Program-made: the position numbers and the translations under genes
Shown here: piece after piece, positions 18,229-25,054 of the stretch
Position numbering within the stretch: position 1 is the stretch's first letter
How the letters are laid out: each line of letters starts with the position of its first letter
Notes under the pieces: generated by a model
Told to the model about the DNA's origin: nothing
The model's input: the letters and a program-made list of their open reading frames with translations, nothing else
The model's database searches: none
IMG/VR virus record: IMGVR_UViG_3300030497_000008
Location: 32,001-96,000 of that record
Direction: 5' to 3' (one strand)
DNA length: 64,000 nucleotides
DNA from: a virus

Positions 18229-18410
18229 GTAGGATGTTCCTCCTGCGGTATCCATGTTCTCTCCTCCTCTAACCTCGTGAAGACAAGGATATCATTCGTA
18301 AGTTTAATACGCCTTAGAGCAAATGTGCGGAAACACGTTTTCTCTCCCTTTATTAGAATTTTCTTATACCCTTTGCATGTCAGTACGATATGTAGGGGGT
18401 AACTTTTTAT
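18229..18410 (+). ncRNA. candidate small RNA with C/U-rich (anti-SD-like) loops
   Basis: Follows TGTTATAAT (18214-18222); several hairpins with CCUCCU motifs; ends in a long hairpin plus U-run; no ORF. Confidence 0.5.
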
Positions 18411-18414
18411 ATCA

Positions 18415-18489
18415 TGTGCTTGTAGCTCAGTCGGTAGAGCGCCAGATTGTTAATCTGATGGTCGTTGGTTCGATTCCAACCTAGCACGT
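18415..18489 (+). tRNA. trnN: tRNA-Asn (GTT)
   Basis: Cloverleaf; anticodon loop TTGTTAA; T-loop TTCGATT; CCA not encoded. Confidence 0.85.
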
Positions 18490-18498
18490 TATCATCCT

Positions 18499-18573
18499 TT
18501 CAATTATCGTAACTCATACTCAACCAAATATACGGTTGACTACACCTACCTAAGCAGGGAGACGATAGTTGAA
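18499..18573 (+). ncRNA. unassigned multi-stem RNA
   Basis: TTCAATTATCGT/ACGATAGTTGAA closing stem enclosing TCAACC/GGTTGA and CCT/AGG hairpins. Confidence 0.45.
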
Positions 18574-18579
18574 TTTCAT

Positions 18580-18652
18580 GGGTTAGTGGCTTGGTTAGCT
18601 CAGAAGCCTTGAAACAGCATCTGCGATGGTTCAATCCCATCTCTACCCACCA
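18580..18652 (+). pseudogene. atypical tRNA-like element (anticodon ambiguous, TTG or TGA)
   Basis: Perfect T-arm GATGG-TTCAATC-CCATC and 3' ACCA; shrunken D-arm, elongated anticodon arm, 1-nt variable loop. Confidence 0.6.
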
Positions 18653-18655
18653 CAT

Positions 18656-18729
18656 GGGAGTTTAGTTTAGTGGTAAAACCTCGGTCTCCAAAACCGAAGT
18701 CATATGTTCGATTCGTATAGCTCCTGCCA
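18656..18729 (+). tRNA. trnW: tRNA-Trp (CCA)
   Basis: Cloverleaf; loop CTCCAAA; encoded CCA end. Confidence 0.92.
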
Positions 18730-18730
18730 C

Positions 18731-18818
18731 GGAGGGTTGGCAGAGTGGATTATTGCAGCGGTCTTGAAAACCGCCGAGGGTAAAACCTCCGTGAGTTCAA
18801 ATCTCACACCCTCCTCCA
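18731..18818 (+). tRNA. trnS: tRNA-Ser (TGA)
   Basis: Class II cloverleaf with long variable arm; loop CTTGAAA; encoded CCA. Confidence 0.93.
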
Positions 18819-18820
18819 TT

Positions 18821-19392
18821 GGGGATATAGTGTAGAGGTAAACACGCAAAAAGGAGCAGTAAAATGCCGACTTGTAAAAAATGTAATGTAGATTTTCCAA
18901 ACTTCATGAAAATAGAAGGTAAACGTCGCAATTTACAAAAACGTCAGTATTGTGTTGATTGCAGTCCTTTTGGTAGACGTAATACAAAACAGATACATTT
19001 AGATAACAACAAAGAGATTGAGTGTACTTGTACCTTATGTGGTAAAGATTATGTATATGCTCGTAGTACAGGATGCACAAAGACTAAATGTAACACTTGT
19101 TGCGTTAGGGTTAATAGACAGAAACTGAAAATCAGAGCGGTAGAGTATAAAGGTGGCGCTTGTCAACGCTGTGGCTATAACAAAAGTTATAGAGCCTTAC
19201 AATTTCACCATCTAGACCCAGAAGAGAAAGATTTTCAGATAGGCGGAAAAGTTATTCTATGGGATAAAATCAAAAAAGAATTAGATAAATGTATTTTACT
19301 ATGCGCTAACTGCCATCTTGAAGAACACGAATCTCTTGATAACCTTAAATTACGTCTACCGTGAAGCACGGGTTCGAACCCCGTTATCCTCG
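18821..19392 (+). pseudogene. trnD: tRNA-Asp (GTC) split by an HNH gene; 5' half 18821-18848, 3' half 19354-19392
   Basis: Acceptor GGGGATA/TATCCTC-G, D-arm GTGT/ACAC, T-arm ACGGG-TTCGAAC-CCCGT, anticodon remnant GTCTA-CCGTG. Confidence 0.85.
18864..19364 (+). CDS. HNH endonuclease with N-terminal zinc fingers
   Basis: KGGACQRCGY..ALQFHHLDP..CILLCANCHLEEH; SD AAGGAG. Confidence 0.92.
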   Translation: MPTCKKCNVDFPNFMKIEGKRRNLQKRQYCVDCSPFGRRNTKQIHLDNNKEIECTCTLCGKDYVYARSTGCTKTKCNTCCVRVNRQKLKIRAVEYKGGACQRCGYNKSYRALQFHHLDPEEKDFQIGGKVILWDKIKKELDKCILLCANCHLEEHESLDNLKLRLP

Positions 19393-19403
19393 TAAACTAT
19401 AAA

Positions 19404-19516
19404 ATCTCAGTCATGTTGAGATAGCTTAGGCGAAACCCTAAGCAAAGCATGTCCGTCCTAAGGAGACATTATAAAAAGAAGGCAAACATGACGTGGCGAG
19501 CTATCCGCAGACACGT
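19404..19516 (+). ncRNA. unassigned pseudoknotted structured RNA
   Basis: Four hairpins plus two exact loop-mediated complementarities (8 and 7 nt). Confidence 0.55.
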
Positions 19517-19538
19517 AAAAGAATAGATAGTGATACAT

Positions 19539-19613
19539 GCCGAAGTAATCCAATCAGGTAGAGATAGCGGTTTTAGAAACCGTCCAGTGAGGGTTCGACC
19601 CCCTCCTTCGGTA
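19539..19613 (+). tRNA. trnL: tRNA-Leu (TAG), short variable loop
   Basis: Acceptor GCCGAAG/CTTCGGT-A; loop TTTAGAA; T-arm GAGGG/CCCTC. Confidence 0.85.
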
Positions 19614-19622
19614 TCATATTTT

Positions 19623-19704
19623 GGCAGAATAGTCAAGCAGCAACGACAGGTGACTGTAAATCACCCCTCATTCGAGTTCGCAGGTGCAAGTCCTGCTTCT
19701 GCTA
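19623..19704 (+). tRNA. trnY: tRNA-Tyr (GTA)
   Basis: GGTGA-CTGTAAA-TCACC; variable arm present; non-canonical T-loop TGCAAGT. Confidence 0.85.
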
Positions 19705-19761
19705 TATTAAAACATGACGAGAGTTTTTATTCTCGTCTATACTTATTTGAGGGGGCAATAC

Positions 19762-20598
19762 ATGATAAATGTGAAGGATTTTAGTGGATTAACACCTGCC
19801 GTACAGATACAGAATGCTATCAATGCAGCAGCCTTATCAACATCTTCATCAAAGACCGTACTGCTAGAAGAGAAAGATTATTACCTTGAATCATCTCTTA
19901 CATTGCTAAATGATGTAGAGTTATTGTTTGGCTACCGTTCAAGACTAGTTATTGGTGGTAATTTCCCTGTTTTATTAATAGGGCGAAATGCTTCTGTCAC
20001 AAATCCATTCATAGCTATCGATTCCCCGAATTTTGATTCACTTGTCTTTTCCTTTGACGGTAAGAATAAATATTACAATACATGGAATAAGACAGCTATA
20101 AAAGATGGTGTAGTCGTTAACTGGACAGGTTCTCACAAAGGTGTTGGTATCCGACTCTTTTCTGGAGGAACTGACCATGAGATTTCATTTGTGGATATAT
20201 CGAATGTCAAATTAGTCGGTCTAAGAAAAGGTATTGAGCTAGAGGCTAAAGCGCCAACAACAGGAATGGCGTGGGTAAACGCTAATAGATTCAATAACAT
20301 TTCCATAGAAGACTGCGTAGAAATGATTACGATTGACAGTAGTGAGACAATCCCAAATGAATGTAGTGGTAACATTTTCTCAGGACTTCAACTACAACCA
20401 TCTACAGCAACAACAAAAGTCTTGAAAGTAAGCGGGCAGCATAACCGATTCGATGGTATGCTCTGGGACATCTCGTTAATACCTACAGCTAAATTCGTAG
20501 ATATTACAGCGAACAGTTCCTACACGAAAATAGACTTTAATCGTTCCTTACCTAGTACGAAAGTACAGGATAGTGGGGCGAGCACAATATTACTATAG
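19762..20598 (+). CDS. parallel beta-helix (pectin-lyase-like) protein
   Basis: INVKDF..IQNAINAA..TVLL....YYL N-terminal pattern; Asn/Ile ladders; SD GAGGGGG; late motif at 19700-19709. Confidence 0.75.
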   Translation: MINVKDFSGLTPAVQIQNAINAAALSTSSSKTVLLEEKDYYLESSLTLLNDVELLFGYRSRLVIGGNFPVLLIGRNASVTNPFIAIDSPNFDSLVFSFDGKNKYYNTWNKTAIKDGVVVNWTGSHKGVGIRLFSGGTDHEISFVDISNVKLVGLRKGIELEAKAPTTGMAWVNANRFNNISIEDCVEMITIDSSETIPNECSGNIFSGLQLQPSTATTKVLKVSGQHNRFDGMLWDISLIPTAKFVDITANSSYTKIDFNRSLPSTKVQDSGASTILL

Positions 20599-20618
20599 CG
20601 CATTCGTGCGCTTTTCTT
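20599..20618 (+). terminator. intrinsic terminator-like hairpin
   Basis: GCGCA-TTCG-TGCGC followed by TTTTCTT. Confidence 0.6.
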
Positions 20619-20705
20619 GGAGGGGTACTCAAGCGGTGAAGAGGTTAGTTTGCTAAACTAATAGGTCGAGTAATCGGCGCGAGGGTTCGAATCCCTTCCC
20701 CTCCT
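20619..20705 (+). tRNA. trnS: tRNA-Ser (GCT)
   Basis: Class II cloverleaf; loop TTGCTAA; T-loop TTCGAAT. Confidence 0.9.
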
Positions 20706-20719
20706 TACTAGTTTTATGG

Positions 20720-20750
20720 TGAGTATAGCTATACGCTGTGCTCATTTTTT
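20720..20750 (+). terminator. terminator of tRNA cluster
   Basis: TGAGTATAGC/GCTGTGCTCA followed by a T-run. Confidence 0.7.
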
Positions 20751-20845
20751 ATGCCCTATTTTACGGGTAGATATTTGTACATGGTATAATTAAAGTAAGG
20801 AAAAAGTGTTGAAAGCATTATATTAATAGAGATAGAGGTGTTGTC

Positions 20846-21112
20846 ATGAGCTTTCATCAAGTAGAAGATGTATGGATTAAAGCGAAGTCTCTCCTATCTC
20901 AAGGATACACGTGGATTGAGGTTGTAACATACTACAAAATGCTAGGTGGTATGAAAGTGAAGGTATACGTCTATTTAGATAGAGTGAAATATAGAATCGT
21001 AGGCGTTGCAGAAGAACCAGACAAAGTACTCCTAGAGAATAAACACGGAGAGATAATTAGGGCAAATTACACAGATGTCAAGAACGGTAGGAAGAAGTTC
21101 GATTGCGATTGA
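20846..21112 (+). CDS. hypothetical protein upstream of portal
   Basis: 88 aa, SD GAGGTG. Confidence 0.75.
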   Translation: MSFHQVEDVWIKAKSLLSQGYTWIEVVTYYKMLGGMKVKVYVYLDRVKYRIVGVAEEPDKVLLENKHGEIIRANYTDVKNGRKKFDCD

Positions 21113-21144
21113 GCTTTGCCCTATTTATTTTATTATAAGGTGGT

Positions 21145-22824
21145 ATGCAAATGAGCTTTTTAGACTTTTTTAGGTTTAAAAAACGCCCATCTACGACGAC
21201 ACTGGAACTTATGAATCCAGTAGATAAGCAGGAGCTATCTATTGCAATACGAGGGTTAGAAGAAGAGACAGTAATGAAGAGCGCAAACGCTGGTCAAGGA
21301 CGAGCTAAGGCGTATGAAGAGCCTATATTAGGTCAGTTCTCTATTAATCCAGATTACAAAGAAGCCCCGTCAAAAGATGGACGATACAACTTGCTAGAGA
21401 ATTTAAAAATCTGGTCAAGTAAAAATATTATTGTTAACGCAATTATCAACACCCGTGTGAACCAAGTATCAATGTTCTGTTCACCCGCCCGCTACAGCAA
21501 CAGAGGTGTCGGCTATGAGGTTCGATTAAAAGACCCATTAAAGACCCCTTCGAGTCACGAGAAAGCGACTATCGAGCGTATAGAGTCGTTTCTGGAGTAT
21601 ACAGGACGAGTCAAGGATGATTTTACACAAGATAACTTCCGAGCGTTCATTAAGAAGATTACTCGTGATAGATTAATATACGACAAAATAAACTTTGAAT
21701 TGATTTACGATAAAGATGGAGAGCTTGGTAGATTTAAAGCTATTGACGCATCCACCATTTACGTAGCAGTCGATGAAAAAGGAAAAGAGCGTAAAGGCGA
21801 TAACGTTGAGAAGTATGTACAGGTTTTAGACCGTAAGAAGGTCGCAGGGTTCAAAGCGAACGAGATGGCATGGGAAGTACATAATCCTCGAACAGACATC
21901 CACGTCGGACGATACGGGTACTCAGAACTTGAATTATGTTTAGAGCACTTACAGTACCATGCAAATACCGAGTTATTTAACGCTCGTTACTTTGCTCAAG
22001 GTGGTACGACTCGCGGGTTATTACATATTAAAACAGGGCAAGAGCAATCTCGTCATGCGCTACAGTCATTCCGTCGTGAATGGCAAACAATGTTTAGTGG
22101 TATTAATGGGGCATGGAAGATTCCAGTTGTATCAGCAGAAGATGTTAAGTTCATTAACATGACACAATCATCTCGTGATATGGAATTCGAAAGATGGCTA
22201 AACTACCTTATCAACGTTATGTGTAGTATTTACGCTATCGACCCTTCTGAGATTAACTTCCCGAACCGTGGCGGAGCGACAGGTAGTTCTGGTAGTACTC
22301 TAAATGAAACGAGTGCTAAAGAGAAGAACCGTATCTCTCGTGACAAAGGTTTAGAGCCGTTACTTAAGTTCTTAGAAGATATCATTAACAAGTACATCGT
22401 ATCTCAGTTCGGAGATAAATACATATTCGTATTCGTAGGTGGAGATGCAACGACAGAGAAAGAGATTCTAGAATTACTAGAGTTGAAAACAAAAGTCGGT
22501 ATGTCATTCAACGAAGCGCGTAAAGTACTTGGATTACCAGAAATTGAAGGCGGAGACGTTATCAATAGTGCGTTCCACGTTCAAAGTAAAGGTCAGATTT
22601 TACAAGAAAAACTTATCCAGTCTAAAGCAGCACAAGAAGGCTCAGACGATAAACAAACATCTGAGATGAAGCAGCAAGGTTTAGATGGCTCTAACGCTAA
22701 GGTATCTGGTAAAGATAATGGCGTGGGTAAGGATGGACAAGTTAAAGGTAGTCGTAACGCTAACTCTACTAAAGAGGGAGGTAAAGGCGAAAATGGAGAA
22801 ACGTATAATCGAGATACTCGATGA
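21145..22824 (+). CDS. portal protein
   Basis: YGYSELE, FAQGGTTRGLLHI, DMEFERWLNYL, IDPSEINFPNRGG motifs of SPO1/Twort-like portals. Confidence 0.93.
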   Translation: MQMSFLDFFRFKKRPSTTTLELMNPVDKQELSIAIRGLEEETVMKSANAGQGRAKAYEEPILGQFSINPDYKEAPSKDGRYNLLENLKIWSSKNIIVNAIINTRVNQVSMFCSPARYSNRGVGYEVRLKDPLKTPSSHEKATIERIESFLEYTGRVKDDFTQDNFRAFIKKITRDRLIYDKINFELIYDKDGELGRFKAIDASTIYVAVDEKGKERKGDNVEKYVQVLDRKKVAGFKANEMAWEVHNPRTDIHVGRYGYSELELCLEHLQYHANTELFNARYFAQGGTTRGLLHIKTGQEQSRHALQSFRREWQTMFSGINGAWKIPVVSAEDVKFINMTQSSRDMEFERWLNYLINVMCSIYAIDPSEINFPNRGGATGSSGSTLNETSAKEKNRISRDKGLEPLLKFLEDIINKYIVSQFGDKYIFVFVGGDATTEKEILELLELKTKVGMSFNEARKVLGLPEIEGGDVINSAFHVQSKGQILQEKLIQSKAAQEGSDDKQTSEMKQQGLDGSNAKVSGKDNGVGKDGQVKGSRNANSTKEGGKGENGETYNRDTR

Positions 22825-23035
22825 GCTAGAGCTTAAGCTAGACACTCGAATGTATGATGAAGATGTTTTAGAATATTACAATATCGATGAACTTGTATTA
22901 TTCAGAACATTGACAATTGATTGTCACATGCATCCTTCTATCGCAGTAGACTGTTTAGCTAGTAGAAACATCGATAGCATAAAAGAGTTGAATAAATTCT
23001 TTAGTCGATATTTACCATTAATGAAATTTAATTAA
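22793..23035 (+). CDS. hypothetical protein overlapping the portal 3' end
   Basis: MEKRIIEIL start after GGAGGT; 80 aa. Confidence 0.6.
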   Translation: MEKRIIEILDELELKLDTRMYDEDVLEYYNIDELVLFRTLTIDCHMHPSIAVDCLASRNIDSIKELNKFFSRYLPLMKFN

Positions 23036-23048
23036 CAAAAAACTCTGG

Positions 23049-23100
23049 TCTAAGTGGTACTTTTGCTATATTAATAACAGTTGAATTCGTACCACTTAGA
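23049..23100 (+). promoter_or_regulatory. late promoter motif enclosed by a 12-bp inverted repeat
   Basis: TCTAAGTGGTAC / GTACCACTTAGA around TGCTATATTA (23064-23073). Confidence 0.65.
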
Positions 23101-23114
23101 AAGGAGGAAAATAT

Positions 23115-23927
23115 GTGCATACAGTCGTAGACAAAGCAACAGGAATGTTCAATATGTTCGTTCCAATCGATATCAAAGAATCTATCAAAAAGAATGATGA
23201 CACACCTTCTGAGCGCTCATGGTACTTACAAGGTTACGCTACAACTACAGACTTAGATAGACAAGATGACATCGTAGACCCAGCAGGTATTGACATTAGC
23301 TACTTTATGAATCACGGATACATAAATTACGAACATAAACAAGGTGACTTCTATAAAGTCGGAGTTCCTACGGAGGGTACATACGTAGACCCCGATGTAG
23401 GTCTATATCTTGAATGTAAGTTATACAAAGAAAATCCTTATGCAAAGAGCATGTGGGACTTAGCGAATAACATTTCTAAATCTGGAATTGATAGGAAACT
23501 AGGATTCTCTGTTGAAGGTTTCTGTTTAGCCAGAGACAAAGATGACCCAAGGATTATGCGTAAACTCCGCGTAACGAACGTAGCTGTTACCACTAATCCT
23601 GCTAACCCTCAAGCTACATGGGAACACATCATGAAAAGTTTCCAAGCAGGTTATGGAATTACTCCCGAAGATTCAATCGATGCGGGAGCGTTAAGCCCAG
23701 AAAACTTCGCTCGTAGCCTATACAATTTAACATGGGCTCTTAAAGAGACTGACGATAGTAAATTTGAAGAAGTATGGAAGAAGGTAGGTATCTACTTAGA
23801 TGATATGAATAGAAACATGCCTGAGTGTGCCGTACTATTCTTACAGATTTCAAAAGGTATGTCTCGTTCAGAAGCCTTAGAACATATAAAAACGGTGTAC
23901 ACACCTAATAAAAAGGAGAATGAATAA
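23115..23927 (+). CDS. prohead protease
   Basis: GYATT.DLDRQDDIV, INYEH, LGFSVEG, VAVTTNPANP motifs. Confidence 0.92.
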   Translation: MHTVVDKATGMFNMFVPIDIKESIKKNDDTPSERSWYLQGYATTTDLDRQDDIVDPAGIDISYFMNHGYINYEHKQGDFYKVGVPTEGTYVDPDVGLYLECKLYKENPYAKSMWDLANNISKSGIDRKLGFSVEGFCLARDKDDPRIMRKLRVTNVAVTTNPANPQATWEHIMKSFQAGYGITPEDSIDAGALSPENFARSLYNLTWALKETDDSKFEEVWKKVGIYLDDMNRNMPECAVLFLQISKGMSRSEALEHIKTVYTPNKKENE

Positions 23928-24835
23928 TGGCAGAAGTTAAAATTTCAGAATTAACAAAAGAGTTAGAAGAGGTATCAAAATCTGTTGCGATTCCCGTAGA
24001 CGAAGTAGTTGCTCCAGAAGCCCCAGAATTTAAACCTGAGGATAAAGAAAAGGAAGAAGACGAAGTAGTCGAAGCTCCTAAGGAAAAGAAAGAAGATAAA
24101 GAACCTGAGGATAAAAAGGAGGAAGCACCAGTGGAAGAAGTAGTCGAGAAGTCGGATAAAGAAGACAAGAAAGACGAAAAGGAAAAAGAAAAAGGTAAAG
24201 AAAAGTCCGATAAAAAAGAGGATAAGAAAGACAAAGATAAAGATAAAGATAAAGAGGATAAAGAACCAGTAGCGAAATCTGCCGAAGCTTTAATCTCTAA
24301 TGGTGAGTTAATCTCAGCATTCGAATCTGTTGTTAAATCTTATGGTGCAGTTGCAGAGTCTCAAAACGGATTAGCAGAGCGATTAGAACGTATCGAGAAA
24401 TCAGTCTTACCTATGATTGAGAATATCGCAAAACACATCGAAGAGCTTAAAGCTAAAGAAGTAGTAGAAACTCCTGCCGAAAAGCCTAAGGAAGAAGAAG
24501 AGGAAGTAGTAGAAGAGGATAATACCGAGGATACGAAACCAGAAGAGAAAAAAGAAGAAGTCTCTAAATCTATGAACGACGACCTAGAAGGCAAAGGAGT
24601 AGAATACGTTCAGAAATCTGCGGATAATGTTTTAGTAGAGGACGAAGAGGAAGCTCCTGAGGAAGAAGAAGTCTTCAAAGCTGCTGACCACGTTAAGGAG
24701 GTAGTAAACTATTACACATCTGGTCAAGCTTCTGCTAACGAGCAATACTTCTTATTCGGTGCAGTAAACCGTGTTAAAAACGGTCGTGAAACAGAAGAAG
24801 ATGTTAGAGCTTTCCGTGCTATTGTAGGTAAATAA
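23927..24835 (+). CDS. putative scaffolding protein (E/K/D-rich)
   Basis: Low complexity; repeated xKS putative cleavage sites; between protease and capsid. Confidence 0.7.
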   Translation: MAEVKISELTKELEEVSKSVAIPVDEVVAPEAPEFKPEDKEKEEDEVVEAPKEKKEDKEPEDKKEEAPVEEVVEKSDKEDKKDEKEKEKGKEKSDKKEDKKDKDKDKDKEDKEPVAKSAEALISNGELISAFESVVKSYGAVAESQNGLAERLERIEKSVLPMIENIAKHIEELKAKEVVETPAEKPKEEEEEVVEEDNTEDTKPEEKKEEVSKSMNDDLEGKGVEYVQKSADNVLVEDEEEAPEEEEVFKAADHVKEVVNYYTSGQASANEQYFLFGAVNRVKNGRETEEDVRAFRAIVGK

Positions 24836-24864
24836 TTAGAAAATTAGAAAAACATAGTACGAAG

Positions 24865-24943
24865 TGTTATATTATACTCGTAAGCTCAAAAAAGGATTGG
24901 TAGCGACCTCCTCCTAAGCTACCTCTCCTCCATGTGTTATAAT
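24865..24943 (+). promoter_or_regulatory. tandem late promoters and anti-SD-loop hairpin upstream of capsid gene
   Basis: TGTTATATTA 24865-24874; GGTAGC-GACCTCCTCCTAA-GCTACC 24899-24923; TGTTATAAT 24935-24943. Confidence 0.65.
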
Positions 24944-25054
24944 AAATATATAGGGGAAAACAAGTGGCGGTCGAGTACCGCACGTAAAAGTCAGAATACT
25001 CAGAAAATTTAGTTTATAAAAACAAACAAATCATATTGAAGGGAAGAATAATTA

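Noticed and set aside
18499-18573. Twister or hammerhead ribozyme
   Set aside because: UAAC and CCUAAGC resemble twister, but the 3' GAGG pseudoknot partner is missing; no CUGANGA/GAAA core
18849-19353. Group I intron in tRNA-Asp
   Set aside because: Only about 15 non-coding nt in the insert, and part of the anticodon stem is missing, so splicing could not restore a canonical tRNA
19393-19516. tRNA-associated theta (HDV-like) ribozyme
   Set aside because: Does not start with G at the tRNA 3' end, and I could not fit the HDV topology
18700-19784. ORFs 18700-18900(-) and 19530-19784(+)
   Set aside because: They overlap clear tRNA genes; treated as spurious
24030-24265. GATAAA-type tandem repeats as a CRISPR or DNA repeat element
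   Set aside because: Low-complexity K/D/E coding sequence in the scaffold-like gene; no repeat-spacer structure seen anywhere in the window
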